Counted from the first letter of the stretch, positions 30,371-40,740 are shown. The stretch: 64,000 bases of DNA from an uncultured candidatus Porisulfidus sp. (GCA_965242985.1 OZ251520.1:696163-760162); one strand, 5' to 3'. Translations and numbers: made by a program. The notes: generated by a model not told the origin, from the sequence alone.

Positions 30371-31372
30371 ATGCCAACAAGGAACTTCATGCATCATGCG
30401 ATCTTCCATTTCATCGTGCGCTGCCAGCAGGAGGAAGACCGCGATGCGCTGCGGCGACTCGGCCTGGAGGCGGAACTCGGGCCGCGCCTCGGCCGCCTGA
30501 CGGCGGCCGAGACCAACCTGCTGGTCAGCGGCGCGGGGCGGTTCATCCGGCTCGAGTTCAAGGCGCCGGAGCTGCGCCGCGCCTACCGCCGGATGCTGGC
30601 GCTGGAGGAGCCGCCGGCGCCCGGCGCCAAGGAGGCGGATCTGTGCCGGGGCCTGTTCGCCTGCGTCGAGACCTTGTACCGGAAGAACGACCTCGACGGC
30701 CTGGCCGAACTCGGGCTGACGCCGCCGGACGCCGGCCTGGCCAGCACGCTGCCGGCCTCCTGCCTGCCGTCGCTCAGCCTGTTCTTCTGGGACTTCACGG
30801 ACATCCGCCTCGAATCGAGCCGCGTCCAGCGGGCGATGGACGGCGCGGTCTCGACCTGCAGCTGGATGCGGCAGTGCGTCCAGCTGGTGCGCGCCGGGGC
30901 GCCGCGGGAACTGATGGTCCGCCACTTCAGCATGAGCCGCCGGGAATACGCCGAGGCGCGCCGCATGCACCGCAGCCTGGCCGAGACGGGCCGGCCGGCG
31001 CGGCTGACGGACGAGATGCAGCACCGCATCTACCAGGAGCTGGTGCGCCAGTACCGCCGGCACGGCGACAAGGCGGAGCCGCTGCGCTATCCGTCGTTCT
31101 TCCTCGACATCTACGAGAGCCTGGAGCGGCAGGTGCCGGTGCGGCAGATCTGGGCGCTGGCCCGGGCCTGGCTGGGGGGCGCGCGGCGGGGGCCGAACGG
31201 GAACGCGACCGCGGCGGAGCTTCAGGCCGCGGCGCGCAGGCCGATAATGACGCCGGCGTCGCGCAGCCCCGAGACGGCGGCGCGGCCGGCCGCGATCACC
31301 GCCGCCGGCGACCGCTGCGGCATGTCGGCGGCCATGGCCTCGAGCTGGGAGCGCAGCGGCGCCGAGGGCTGA
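30371..31372 (+). CDS. DUF2857-like (ICE-associated) protein with duplicated N-terminal module
   Basis: ATG with GGAAAGGGG RBS; LVRAGAP..M..F.MS..EY...R..GRP..L and IW pattern recalled from DUF2857; the last ~50 codons overlap a convergent gene. Confidence 0.55.
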   Translation: MPTRNFMHHAIFHFIVRCQQEEDRDALRRLGLEAELGPRLGRLTAAETNLLVSGAGRFIRLEFKAPELRRAYRRMLALEEPPAPGAKEADLCRGLFACVETLYRKNDLDGLAELGLTPPDAGLASTLPASCLPSLSLFFWDFTDIRLESSRVQRAMDGAVSTCSWMRQCVQLVRAGAPRELMVRHFSMSRREYAEARRMHRSLAETGRPARLTDEMQHRIYQELVRQYRRHGDKAEPLRYPSFFLDIYESLERQVPVRQIWALARAWLGGARRGPNGNATAAELQAAARRPIMTPASRSPETAARPAAITAAGDRCGMSAAMASSWERSGAEG

Positions 31373-31992
31373 GCTGCCAGCCGCTCGAGCAGGCGGGCGG
31401 CGCCCGGGCTGAGCTCGAGATGGCGCACCCGGTCCGGGCCGCGGTGCACCAGCAGGAAGGTGGGCGCGGCGGGCGGCGCGGCCGGGCGCCAGCCGGGGCG
31501 GATGCGGTGCACCGGCCAGGCGTAGGCGCGCAGCGCCCGGTGCGGGTTCAGCACCGCGGCGCAGTCCAGCGGGTCGGCGCCGTCCGGCGCGGGCGGCGCC
31601 GCGGGCGGCGCCTCGCCGTCGCGGGTGGCGACCTCGGTCCCGGTCCATTCGTAGTCCGCCAGCTCGGCCAGGAACGGCGGCTCGCCGGGCCGGGGCCCGC
31701 GCGCCGCGAGGAACTCGGCGAACTCCCGGCCGAAGCGGTGGAAGTAGGGGGTGCGGCAGGCGTGCTCGGCGTAGAACGAGCGCGCCAGCGCGGCCAGCGC
31801 GTCGGCGCCGAGCAGGCGGGCGAGCACCGGGAACGAGGCGCGGATCAGGTTGAGGACGTTGCGGAAGAACAACTCGCGGTAGACCCGCATGCGGCGCTCC
31901 TCGACGCCGGCCGGCGGCGGCCGGCGCTCCGGGTCGCGCAGGTGCGCGCAGAACTCCTCCTGCACGCGGCGGAAGCCGCCGGCCCCGCTCAT
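31222..31992 (-). CDS. DUF2063 family partner protein (HvfC/BufC-like)
   Basis: [45 protein letters not shown]; ATGA overlap with the DUF692 gene. Confidence 0.9.
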   Translation of the reverse strand: MSGAGGFRRVQEEFCAHLRDPERRPPPAGVEERRMRVYRELFFRNVLNLIRASFPVLARLLGADALAALARSFYAEHACRTPYFHRFGREFAEFLAARGPRPGEPPFLAELADYEWTGTEVATRDGEAPPAAPPAPDGADPLDCAAVLNPHRALRAYAWPVHRIRPGWRPAAPPAAPTFLLVHRGPDRVRHLELSPGAARLLERLAAQPSAPLRSQLEAMAADMPQRSPAAVIAAGRAAVSGLRDAGVIIGLRAAA

Positions 31993-32822
31993 GCGCGCGG
32001 CGCCGCGGCGCGGCTTTGGCAGTCGCGGATGCGGCCGACCTCCGCCAGCAGCCGCTCGGCGGGCGGGAAGCCGGAGTCGCGCTCCAGCAGCGTCGGCAGC
32101 GGCCCGAAGCGGGCGTAGGCGGCGTCGAGCAGCGCCCACACCGGCTCGATCACGTCCGCGCCGTGGGTGTCGACGATCAGGTCTTCCGCCTCGCGGCGGT
32201 GGCCGGCGATGTGGCAGTAGGCGACGCGCGCCGGCGGCAGCGCGTCCAGGTAGGCCTGCGGGTCGTAGCCGTGGTTGACCGCGTTCACGTAGACGTTGTT
32301 GACGTCCAGCAGCAGCAGGCAGTCGGCCTCCTCGAGCACGGCGCGCACGAAGTCGATCTCGTCCATCTCCCGTCCCGGGGCGGCGTAGTAGGAAACGTTT
32401 TCGACCGCGATCCGGCGCCGCAGCAGTTCCTGCGCGCGGCGGATGCGCGCCGCCGTGTGGCGGACCGCCTCCGCGGTGAAGGGGATCGGCGCCAGGTCGT
32501 ACAGCTGGCCGCCCGCGGCGCAGTAACTCAGGTGCTCGCTGTAGAGCGGCGCCCGGTAGCGGTCGAGAAAGCCGCCGATGTCGCGCAGCAGCTCCTCGTC
32601 CAGCGGGTCCGGCCCGCCGAGCGACAGCGACAGGCCGTGGGCGGCGACCGGGTAGCGCTCGGCCAGCCGCTCGAAGCGCGGCTTCAGCGTCCCGCCCAGG
32701 CCGATCCAGTTCTCCGGCGCGACCTCGAGGAAGTCGATGGCGCCGTCGGCGAACCCCAGGAACGGCTCCAGCAGGGCGCGGCGCAGGCCGAGCCCGGCGC
32801 CGCGCAGCGCGGCCTCAGCCAT
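31989..32822 (-). CDS. DUF692 multinuclear non-heme iron oxidase (MNIO; HvfB/BufB-like)
   Basis: [53 protein letters not shown]. Confidence 0.95.
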   Translation of the reverse strand: MAEAALRGAGLGLRRALLEPFLGFADGAIDFLEVAPENWIGLGGTLKPRFERLAERYPVAAHGLSLSLGGPDPLDEELLRDIGGFLDRYRAPLYSEHLSYCAAGGQLYDLAPIPFTAEAVRHTAARIRRAQELLRRRIAVENVSYYAAPGREMDEIDFVRAVLEEADCLLLLDVNNVYVNAVNHGYDPQAYLDALPPARVAYCHIAGHRREAEDLIVDTHGADVIEPVWALLDAAYARFGPLPTLLERDSGFPPAERLLAEVGRIRDCQSRAAAPRA

Positions 32823-33420
32823 CGCCGGCGCGGCGCTTGATCCAGTAGTCCAGACTCAGGTAGCGGCCGCCGCCGTGGAAGAACAGCACCAGCAGCATGA
32901 GGAAGTAGGTGGCGGCGAACTCGATGCCGTTGTTGAGCACCGCGAACGAGCCGTGCTCGGTCAGCCAGGCGTAGTCGCCCTCCTCGCGCAGGATCTGCTT
33001 CGCCACCTGCAGCCGCTCGACGGCCGCGACGGTGCGCTCGGTGGCGAAGAAGCCGCCGCCCGCGGCGATCGCCAGCCAGCCGTTGTGCCAGTGCACGGTC
33101 GCGGCCGCCACCGCCATGGTCGCCAGTAGCGGGAGCGAGGCCAGCCGCACGGCCAGCCCGAGCAGCAGCAGGATGCCGCCGAAGAACTCGGCCCAGCCGG
33201 CCAGCGCCGCTAGCAGCGCGGGCGCCGGCAGGCCGAGCGAGTGCTCGAACCAGGCCACCGTGCCGGCGTTCGGCAGCAGGCTCGGCAGATCCAGCTTGCG
33301 GGCGCCGGCCTCGATGAAGATCGGCGCCAAGTACAGGCGCAGCAGCAGCGGCGCCAGGAAGTCGGCCGCGCGGGCGCGGTCCAGCCAGCGGCGCGAGCGG
33401 CCGGCGAGGCCGCGGATCAT
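32815..33420 (-). CDS. DoxX family membrane protein (HvfX-like)
   Basis: [43 protein letters not shown]. Confidence 0.9.
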   Translation of the reverse strand: MIRGLAGRSRRWLDRARAADFLAPLLLRLYLAPIFIEAGARKLDLPSLLPNAGTVAWFEHSLGLPAPALLAALAGWAEFFGGILLLLGLAVRLASLPLLATMAVAAATVHWHNGWLAIAAGGGFFATERTVAAVERLQVAKQILREEGDYAWLTEHGSFAVLNNGIEFAATYFLMLLVLFFHGGGRYLSLDYWIKRRAGDG

Positions 33421-33466
33421 GCCGGCGCGCCCGGCGGGCGGAGGGCCATCGCGCCCGCCTCAGCGC

Positions 33467-33781
33467 TCAGCCGTCGCCGCCGCACTTGCCCTCGCCGCAC
33501 TGGCCTTCGGCCGGCTTATCGCCGTCGCCGCCGCATTTGCCCTCGCCGCACTTGCCTTCGCCGCATTGGCCCTCGGCGGGCGCGGCGTCGTCGTCGCGCG
33601 GACAGGGTTCTTTTTCGCCGTCCTCCGCGCCGCCGTGGCTGTCGGCCACCATGTAGCCGCGGGAAAGCTCCGTGATGCGGAACGGGTCGTCGGCCGCCAG
33701 CGCGGCGGGGCCGGCCAGCGCGCCGCCGAGGGCGGTGGCGCCCAGGGCGAGGGCGAAGGGGTTGAGTTTGTTCTCGGGCAT
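33467..33781 (-). CDS. Sec-exported EG(K/Q)CG-repeat RiPP precursor (oxazolin/bufferin type)
   Basis: Signal peptide, DPF..EL..GY motif, five EG[KQ]CG repeats; AAAGGAG RBS. Confidence 0.92.
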   Translation of the reverse strand: MPENKLNPFALALGATALGGALAGPAALAADDPFRITELSRGYMVADSHGGAEDGEKEPCPRDDDAAPAEGQCGEGKCGEGKCGGDGDKPAEGQCGEGKCGGDG

Positions 33782-33830
33782 GGGATTTCTCCTTTCGGGT
33801 TGCGGGAATGCGGCGCGGGGGCGCCGGGCG

Positions 33831-33858
33831 TGGGACGCGCGCCGGCGGGGGAAGTTCC
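33831..33858 (-). promoter_or_regulatory. Putative ECF (sigmaE-like) promoter
   Basis: Minus strand GGAACTT-N16-TCCCA about 50 bp upstream of the precursor ATG. Confidence 0.5.
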
Positions 33859-33929
33859 CGCAATGCTCGTCCGCGCCAAGCACTATAGCCGTTCCGCGCC
33901 GCGCCGTCAAAAGCGCCGGGCGGGGCGGC

Positions 33930-36900
33930 CTAGAAAGTCAGCCGCAGTTTCGCCGCCGCGCCGAACTCCGGCGACGCCGCCGGGTCGTGTTCCGGCTCCA
34001 GCCGCAGGTAGCCGCCGATCGCCAGCGCCGCGCCCGGCGCGGCCTCGGCCTCGTACGCCAGCTGCAGCCGCAGTTCTCGCCCGCGCGGGGTGAGGCTCAC
34101 CCGGTGCCGCGTGTAGGCGACCACGCCGTCGGCGGGTTCGCGGTCCGGCACGTCCACCTGCAGCGCCGCGCCGCGCGCCCGGAACGGCGACGAGGCGGTG
34201 AGCGTCAGCCGGTCCGCGCGCCGCCACAGGTCCAGCCACTCGCCGCCGAGGGCGAACGCCTCGCCGCGCAGCCCGCTCCAGCCGGCGACCAGCGTGCCGG
34301 CGTCGGCCGCGGCCGCCCGCGTCCAGCCGCGGCTCAGGCCGCCGAACAGGGTCAGGCGGCCGAAGCGGCGCTCGGCGCTCAGCGCGAGGAAGTCGGTGGC
34401 CGCGTCGGCGAAGCCGCCGAAGGCGCCGCCGCCGCGCGCGCCGAGCAGGGAGCCGCGCTCGCGCAGCAGGCCGAAGCGCGCGCCCAGGGTCAGCGCGTCG
34501 CCGACGCGCCGCGCGGCGCCGAACGAGGCCAGCCGGGCGCGGCCGCCGCCGAAGTAGCCCGAAGAATCTTTGCCGGCGAAGTCCAGCCGCGTGCGCGGGT
34601 CCAGGTCCCAGACCGCGCCGAGCTCCGCGCCGGAGCCGGCCAAGGCCGCGAACGGGCCGGCGGCGAAGCCGTCATGCAGCGGCGCGCGCGCCAGCCGCCG
34701 GGCGACGAAGTCGCCGGAGGCGCCGGCCGCGCCGAAACCGCGGCCGAACGTCAGCCACAGTCCCGGCGCCGCCCGCGCCCGCAGGCGATAGGCGCCGAGT
34801 TCGCTTTCCTCGTCGCGCAGGTCTCGGTATGGGTCCTCTTTCGGCGAGGCGAACTCGATCGCGGTGTCTTCGCCGAGCCGCGCCTCGGTCCAAGCGCCGC
34901 CGAGCGAGGCCAGGAACTCCTCCATCGCGCGCGCCGCGGTGCGGCGCTCGCGGCGCTCGCGGAACGCGGGGTTCAGGTCGTGCAGGAACGGGAAGCCCTG
35001 GGTGTCGTAGACCACCGAGCCGGCCAGCGCCGAGCTCGGCCGCAGGCGGAAGCCCGGCGGCAGGTCGACGAAGCTCTGCCGCGTCGGCGCCAGGCGCCCG
35101 CCGGGCAGGACGGAGCTGGTGAAGCCGACCGGGTTCATCGCCGCGCCGAGGTCGAGCATGCCGTGGCCGTAGATGTCGGAGAGGCCGGTGACGGGGTCGT
35201 AGTTCCCGTTGGCGGCGTCGATCTGGCGGGCGGTGGTGAGCAGCCGCTCGACCACCTGCGCGCCGGTCTTGTTCGGGAACGCGGCCCAGACCGCCGCCGC
35301 CGCGCCGGCGACCATCGGCGTGGCGTAGGAAGTGCCGGCGACGGTGGCGTAGCCGCTGGGAGTGCTGAAGCCGTACCGGCCGTCGGTGGTGCGGACCTCG
35401 TTGCCGACCGCGAACATGCAGTAGCGCTTGACGGCGCCGCAGGCGCTGCTGAAGAGCGCCCGCCGCCGGCCGAGGTTGCTCGTCGCGCCGACCGCGATGG
35501 CGTTGCCGGCGATGCCGTCGTCCGCCGCCAAGGACGCCTGCAGCCCTTCCGGCTCGCTGCGGCCCCGGTTGCCGGTGCCGCCGACGATGATGCGGCCGGC
35601 GGCGGCGAGGATCTTCATGCCTTTCGTGAAGCTTTCGGCATGGCTGGTCACGTTGAGACTCAGGTTCACGATGTGGGAACTGCCCGCGGGCGAGTCGTCG
35701 GCGGTGCGGCCGCCCACCTCTTGGGGTCGTCCCGCCGCCGACGCCAGGATGGCGCCGATTTCGCCGCCGCCGCCCGCCTGCGTGAAGCCGACGATGTTGG
35801 CGTTGTACGCGACGCCGTGCATGCCCACGCCGTTGCGCCGCGCCGCGGCGACGCCGGCCACGCGCGTGCCGTGCGCGATGCCTGCGCTGTGTCCGTTGAG
35901 GGAGATCGCGCCCTGCAGGTCCGGATGGCCGGTGTTGGTGGCGGTGTCGACGTCCAGCGTGTCGTCGACGATGGCGATGGTCCGGCCGCCGCCGCCCGGC
36001 GCGCCCATGGTGCGGGCGGCGTAGCCCTCGGCCGCGTTGATGTGCACCAGATGGTGGCCCGCGAAGTACTCTTCGTTCAGCCATGAATCCGCGTTGCCCG
36101 GGTTGGACGGCTGCAGGGTCTCGGCCGGGTAGCGCGAGCCGCTGGGCGGCGAGGTCCATGCGCGGACCGTGGCGACCGCGGCATGAGAGGGCGGGGTCGG
36201 GGTGACGGTGCGCTCCGCCGACGGCAGTTCGGCGCCGCCGGACGGCACGGCGACCACGCGGAACGAGTACGGCCGGCCCGCGACCAGGCCGGTGATGGTG
36301 TGGCTGGTGCCGGTGACGGCGGCCTCCCGGTCGTCGTCGTCGTACGCCTGCTCGCTGGTGCGCCACTGCACCTTGTAGCTGGCCGCGCCCGGCGCCGCCG
36401 ACCACGACACGTTCAGCGCCTGCACCGCCGCGGTCGCGCCGACGCCCGCGGGCGCCCCGGCCGGCACCGCGTAGGTGGGCCGCCCCTCCACGTCGCCGGA
36501 TGGCAGATTGTCGCCGGGGTCGGTCGGCACGGTGAGCACCCGGACCTGGTACCTCTTGAACGCCTCCAGGCCGGTGATGGTGTGGGTGGTGCCCGCGGTG
36601 ACGTCGGCTTCGCGGCTGCTGCCGTACGCCTCGCTGCCGGACTTCCACTGCACCTTGTAGCTGGCCGCGTTCCGCGCCGCCGACCACGACACCCGCAGCC
36701 CGTTCGCCAGCGCCTCCGCGGTGACTCCCGCGGGCGCCGCCGCCGCGTTCAGGGAGGTGGGCGTCCCCGCCGCGTCGGGCGACGGGAGATTCTCGCCGCC
36801 GGTTGATTCGTTGACCACCCGGACCGTATACGGCCGGTTCGGGATCAGGCCGGAGATCGTGTGGCTGGTGCCGGTGACGAAAGCGCGCCGGCTCGGGCTG

Positions 36901-37667
36901 TAGCGCTCGCTGCCGGACTTCCACTGCACCCAGTAGCGCCCGGCGCTCGGCGCCGGCGACCACGACACCTGCAGGCCGTTCACCACGGCTTGCACGCTGA
37001 TCCCGGCGAGTCTCTTCGCCAACGCCCCGCTCGCATCGGCGGACGGCTGCGGGGCGCCGCCGTCGGCCGGGACGGCGAACACGCGAAACGTGAATTCCAA
37101 GTCGTCCTGTCCGACCAGGGGCTCGTGGTAATAGCCGTAGTCATATGCCGGAACGCCGTACCTCTCCTCGATGACGGCTTCGCGGCTGCTCTCGTACGTC
37201 TCGTCGCCGGACTTCCACTGCACCCGGTAGCGGCTCGCGCCCATGACTTCCGACCACACCACGGTCAGTCCCCCCGTGGCGGACAAGACTCGCACGTCCG
37301 TCGGCGCCGCGGGCGGCGGCGGCGCTGGCGGCGGCTGCTGCATGCCGCTGCCGGGATCATCCCCGCTTCCGTCTCCGGCATCGGGCGCCGGAGCCGGCGG
37401 TTGCGCGCCGCCGCCGGGGTCGGACCCGGGGTCGGGCGCGGGTGCGGGGTTCGTCGGCGAGGGTTCCGCGCCGCCGGGCCCGCGATCGGGCATTCGGGTC
37501 GTGGTGGGCGGGGGCGGGGACGGGTCTTGCTCCGCGCCGCCGGCGTCGCTTCCGCCCCCGCCGCCGCCACATGCGGACAGCGCGAGCGCGAGCAAGGCGG
37601 CGCCGGCTAAGCGCCGGTACAGCGCAGTCTCACGGGGGGGGGGGGGGCAAAACTGGAAAAGGGGCAT
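33930..37667 (-). CDS. Lipoprotein - 4xFN3 - S8 subtilase - C-terminal beta-barrel-like protein, copy 1
   Basis: Lipobox LSAC-GGGG, four Y.VQW[KR] FN3 repeats, IAIVD / HGT / GTSYATP triad, YGHG.LD, terminal Phe. Confidence 0.88.
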   Translation of the reverse strand: MPLFQFCPPPPRETALYRRLAGAALLALALSACGGGGGGSDAGGAEQDPSPPPPTTTRMPDRGPGGAEPSPTNPAPAPDPGSDPGGGAQPPAPAPDAGDGSGDDPGSGMQQPPPAPPPPAAPTDVRVLSATGGLTVVWSEVMGASRYRVQWKSGDETYESSREAVIEERYGVPAYDYGYYHEPLVGQDDLEFTFRVFAVPADGGAPQPSADASGALAKRLAGISVQAVVNGLQVSWSPAPSAGRYWVQWKSGSERYSPSRRAFVTGTSHTISGLIPNRPYTVRVVNESTGGENLPSPDAAGTPTSLNAAAAPAGVTAEALANGLRVSWSAARNAASYKVQWKSGSEAYGSSREADVTAGTTHTITGLEAFKRYQVRVLTVPTDPGDNLPSGDVEGRPTYAVPAGAPAGVGATAAVQALNVSWSAAPGAASYKVQWRTSEQAYDDDDREAAVTGTSHTITGLVAGRPYSFRVVAVPSGGAELPSAERTVTPTPPSHAAVATVRAWTSPPSGSRYPAETLQPSNPGNADSWLNEEYFAGHHLVHINAAEGYAARTMGAPGGGGRTIAIVDDTLDVDTATNTGHPDLQGAISLNGHSAGIAHGTRVAGVAAARRNGVGMHGVAYNANIVGFTQAGGGGEIGAILASAAGRPQEVGGRTADDSPAGSSHIVNLSLNVTSHAESFTKGMKILAAAGRIIVGGTGNRGRSEPEGLQASLAADDGIAGNAIAVGATSNLGRRRALFSSACGAVKRYCMFAVGNEVRTTDGRYGFSTPSGYATVAGTSYATPMVAGAAAAVWAAFPNKTGAQVVERLLTTARQIDAANGNYDPVTGLSDIYGHGMLDLGAAMNPVGFTSSVLPGGRLAPTRQSFVDLPPGFRLRPSSALAGSVVYDTQGFPFLHDLNPAFRERRERRTAARAMEEFLASLGGAWTEARLGEDTAIEFASPKEDPYRDLRDEESELGAYRLRARAAPGLWLTFGRGFGAAGASGDFVARRLARAPLHDGFAAGPFAALAGSGAELGAVWDLDPRTRLDFAGKDSSGYFGGGRARLASFGAARRVGDALTLGARFGLLRERGSLLGARGGGAFGGFADAATDFLALSAERRFGRLTLFGGLSRGWTRAAAADAGTLVAGWSGLRGEAFALGGEWLDLWRRADRLTLTASSPFRARGAALQVDVPDREPADGVVAYTRHRVSLTPRGRELRLQLAYEAEAAPGAALAIGGYLRLEPEHDPAASPEFGAAAKLRLTF
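37634..37647 (-). repeat. G14 homopolymer (C14 on coding strand) within the 5' coding region of S8 copy 1
   Basis: 14 consecutive G, 20 nt into the ORF and before the lipobox; frame is currently intact. Confidence 0.85.
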
Positions 37668-37745
37668 CGCCGCATCCGTTACGGCATGTTTCAGCCCTCT
37701 CTTGCGGGCGGAATATAGCACAGGGCCGGGGGAATCGCCGCCGCG

Positions 37746-37766
37746 GCTCAGCCCTTGTCCGGCCAT
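37746..37766. repeat. 3' end of nth, duplicated at 47980-48000
   Basis: GCTCAGCCCTTGTCCGGCCAT present at both sites, adjoining near-identical upstream regions of S8 copies 1 and 2. Confidence 0.85.
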
Positions 37767-38377
37767 TCGCACAGGTCGGCGATGACGCACGCGCCGCACT
37801 TCGGGCGGCGGGCGGTGCAGGTGTAGCGGCCGTGCAGGATCAGCCAGTGGTGCGCGTCCCGGCGGAACTCCTCGGGCACCCGCCGCATCAGCCCGTCCTC
37901 GACCGCGCGCGGGGTCTTGCCGGGCGCCAGCCCGGTGCGGTTGCCGACCCGGAAGATGTGGGTGTCGACCGCGATCACGGGCGCGCCGAACGCGGTGTTG
38001 AGGATCACGTTGGCGGTCTTGCGGCCGACCCCCGGCAGCGCCTCCAGCGCGGCGCGGTCGGCCGGCACCCGGCCGCGGTGGCGCTCGAGCAGCGCCCGGC
38101 AGGTGGCGATGATGTGCTCCGCCTTGCTGTTGTGCAGGCCGATGGAGCGGATGTAGGGCGTGAGCCCGGCGACGCCCAGGGCGAGCACGGATTTCGGCGC
38201 GCGGGCGCGCGCGAACAGCTTGCGCGTGGCCTTGTTGACCGCGACGTCGGTGCACTGCGCGGAGAGGATCACCGCCACCAGCAGCTCGAACGGCGTGCGG
38301 TAGCGCAGCTCGGTGGCCGGCCGCGGCCGCTCGGCGCGCAGCCGCCGGAACAGTTCGGCGCGCCGGGCCGGCTTCAT
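37748..38377 (-). CDS. nth: Endonuclease III
   Basis: LSAQCTD, LPGVGRKTA, VDTH, C-x6-C-x2-C-x5-C. Confidence 0.97.
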   Translation of the reverse strand: MKPARRAELFRRLRAERPRPATELRYRTPFELLVAVILSAQCTDVAVNKATRKLFARARAPKSVLALGVAGLTPYIRSIGLHNSKAEHIIATCRALLERHRGRVPADRAALEALPGVGRKTANVILNTAFGAPVIAVDTHIFRVGNRTGLAPGKTPRAVEDGLMRRVPEEFRRDAHHWLILHGRYTCTARRPKCGACVIADLCEWPDKG

Positions 38378-38715
38378 CCGCCGCGGGCCCGGAACGCCGC
38401 GTGCGCCTGCGCCAGCTGCTCGCGGCGCGCCGCGGCGCGCCGCTCGAGGCGTCGCCGCCGCCGCCGGACGCGGTCACGGGCGCGCTGCCGGTAGGCGCGG
38501 TCGCGCGGCGGATGCGCGGGGTCGGCCGCGGGCAGGATGCAGTCCACCGGGCAGGCCGGCAGGCACTTTCCGCAGTCCGTGCACAGGTCCGGCAGCACCA
38601 CGTGATTGCGCCGCGCCAGCCCGGCGATGGCGTCGAACGGGCAGGCCGGGAGGCAGCGCGCGCAGCCGACGCAGCGCGCCGCGTCGATCCGCACCACCGC
38701 GGCCGCGCCGCTCAC
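38374..38715 (-). CDS. rnfB: Short RnfB-like 2x[4Fe-4S] ferredoxin
   Basis: [16 protein letters not shown] and [16 protein letters not shown] plus Arg-rich tail; GTGA/ATGA coupling between metG and nth. Confidence 0.75.
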   Translation of the reverse strand: MSGAAAVVRIDAARCVGCARCLPACPFDAIAGLARRNHVVLPDLCTDCGKCLPACPVDCILPAADPAHPPRDRAYRQRARDRVRRRRRRLERRAAARREQLAQAHAAFRARGG

Positions 38716-40715
38716 CGCACGCGCTGGCCCGGCGCCGCGCCCGCGTCGACCGTCAGCAGCGCCGCCCGTCCGCCGTCGCCGCCGGCGGCCAGGATCATGC
38801 CCTCGGAGACGCCGAAGCGCATCTGCCGCGGCTTCAGGTTGGCGACCACCACCACCAGCCGGCCCTGCAGCTCTTCCGGCGCGTACGCGCCGCGGATGCC
38901 GGCCAGCACCTGGCGGCGGGAATCGCCCAGGTCCAGCTCCAGGCGCAGCAGGCGGTCGGCGCCGGCCACGGCCTCGGCCCGCGCCACCCGCGCCACGCGC
39001 AGGTCGAGCTTGGCGAAGTCCTCGTGGGAGACGGTCGCGGCGGCGGCCGCGGCGCCCGCGTCCGTCTCCGCGCCGGCGGCGGCTTCTTTGGTCATGGCGG
39101 TCACCTGTTTCGGGTCGAGTCGGGTCAGCAGCGGCGCGAACGGCCGGACGGCGCGGTCGAGCAGGGGTTCGGGCGCGGCGGTCCACGCCAGCTCGCCGGC
39201 GTCCAGCCAGGCCTCGCCGCGCGCCGCCAGCCCCGGCAGCGCCGGCTTCAGGTACAGCGCCAGCAGGCGGTACAGGTTGACGCCCAGGGTGCAGACCGCG
39301 TGCGCCTCGCCGCGGGTCGCGGCGGCGCGCGCGAGCTCCCAGGGCCGGCGCTCGTGCACGTAGCGGTTGGCCTCGTCCGCCAGGCGCATGATCTCGCGCA
39401 TCGCCGCGGAGTAGCGCCGCGCCTCGTAGTGCGCGGCGACCGCCTCGCCGGCGGCGGCGGCCGCGGCGTACAGCTCCGGCCGGTCCAGGCGCGGCCCCAG
39501 GCGGTGCTCGAACTGCTTGTCGAGGAAGCCGGCGCAGCGGCTGGCGAGGTTGACCGCCTTGCCGACCAGGTCGCTGTTGACGCGGGCGACGAAGTCGTCG
39601 AGGTTGAGGTTCAGGTCGCTGATGTCGGGGCCGAGCTTGGCGGCGAAGTAGTAGCGCAGGTATTCCGGGTCGAGGTGGTTGAGGTAGGTGCGCGCCTCGA
39701 GGAAGGTGCCGGTGGACTTGGACATCTTCTGGCCGTTGACGGTGAGGAAGCCGTGGCACCAGACCGCGGTGGGCGCGCGATGGCCGGCGCCGTGCAGCAG
39801 CGCCGGCCAGAACAGGGTGTGGAAGTAGGCGATGTCCTTGCCGATGAAGTGGTGCAGCTCGACCTCCGAGTCCGGCGCCCAGACCTCCTCGAAGTCGAGC
39901 CCGCGCTCGGCGCACAGGCGGGCGTGGCTCGCCATGTAGCCGATCGGCGCGTCCAGCCACACGTAGAAGTACTTGCCCGGCGCGTCCGGGATGCCGAAGC
40001 CGAAGTAGGGCGCGTCGCGGCTGATGTCCCAGTCGCGCAGCCCGGCGGCGAACCACTCGTCGAGCTTGTTGCGGATCTCGTCCTGCACCCGGCCCGGCGC
40101 GGCCCACTCGCGCAGGAAATCGGCGAAATCGGCCAGCCGGAAGAAGAAGTGCTCGGTGTCGCGCAGCACCGGCGCGGCGCCGCTGAGCGCCGAGCGCGGG
40201 TTCTTCAGCGCGGTCGAGTCGTAGCTCGCGCCGCAGGCCTCGCAGGCGTCGCCGTACTGGTCGGCGGCGCCGCAGGCCGGGCATTCGCCGCGCAGGTAGC
40301 GGTCCGACAGGAACAGCCCGGCGCTTTCGTCGTAGTACTGCCGGATGGCGCGCCGCTCGATGTGGCCGGCGTCGCGCAGCCGGCGGTAGAGGCCGGCGGA
40401 CAGTTCGCGGTTCTCCTCGCTGTGGGTGCTGTGGTAGCAGTCGAAGGCGATGCCGAAGTCGGCGAAGTCGCGGCGGTGCGCGGCGCCGATCTCCTCGATC
40501 AGCGCCTCCGGCTCCAGGCCGCGGCGGCGCGCCAGCAGCATGATCGGCGTGCCGTGCGCGTCGTCGGCGCAGACGTACGCGCAGTCGTGCCCGCGCAGGC
40601 GCTGGAAGCGGGCCCAGATGTCGGTCTGGATGTACTCGACCAGGTGGCCCAGGTGGATGGGGCCGTTGGCGTAGGGCAGGGCGCTGGTGACGAGGATGCG
40701 GCGGCGGGCGGACAT
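38712..40715 (-). CDS. metG: Methionyl-tRNA synthetase
   Basis: ALPYANG.IHLGH, zinc knuckle, WDISRD, KMSKS, C-terminal tRNA-binding domain. Confidence 0.98.
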   Translation of the reverse strand: MSARRRILVTSALPYANGPIHLGHLVEYIQTDIWARFQRLRGHDCAYVCADDAHGTPIMLLARRRGLEPEALIEEIGAAHRRDFADFGIAFDCYHSTHSEENRELSAGLYRRLRDAGHIERRAIRQYYDESAGLFLSDRYLRGECPACGAADQYGDACEACGASYDSTALKNPRSALSGAAPVLRDTEHFFFRLADFADFLREWAAPGRVQDEIRNKLDEWFAAGLRDWDISRDAPYFGFGIPDAPGKYFYVWLDAPIGYMASHARLCAERGLDFEEVWAPDSEVELHHFIGKDIAYFHTLFWPALLHGAGHRAPTAVWCHGFLTVNGQKMSKSTGTFLEARTYLNHLDPEYLRYYFAAKLGPDISDLNLNLDDFVARVNSDLVGKAVNLASRCAGFLDKQFEHRLGPRLDRPELYAAAAAAGEAVAAHYEARRYSAAMREIMRLADEANRYVHERRPWELARAAATRGEAHAVCTLGVNLYRLLALYLKPALPGLAARGEAWLDAGELAWTAAPEPLLDRAVRPFAPLLTRLDPKQVTAMTKEAAAGAETDAGAAAAAATVSHEDFAKLDLRVARVARAEAVAGADRLLRLELDLGDSRRQVLAGIRGAYAPEELQGRLVVVVANLKPRQMRFGVSEGMILAAGGDGGRAALLTVDAGAAPGQRVR

Positions 40716-40740
40716 GGGCGGCGGGGACGGGCGCGGGCGC

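Noticed and set aside
30073-31372. Integrative conjugative element
   Set aside because: Only one ICE-like gene; no integrase, att repeats, relaxase or type IV secretion genes seen.
33467-37667. S8 protease copy 1 as leader peptidase of the neighbouring MNIO RiPP or of the NHLP peptides
   Set aside because: The MNIO precursor has a Sec signal and its own promoter-like motif, and double-glycine leaders are normally cut by C39 peptidases; adjacency alone is not enough.
33930-38477. 1515 aa version of S8 copy 1
   Set aside because: The extension overlaps nth in another frame; the lipobox and the copy 2 alignment place the start near 37667.
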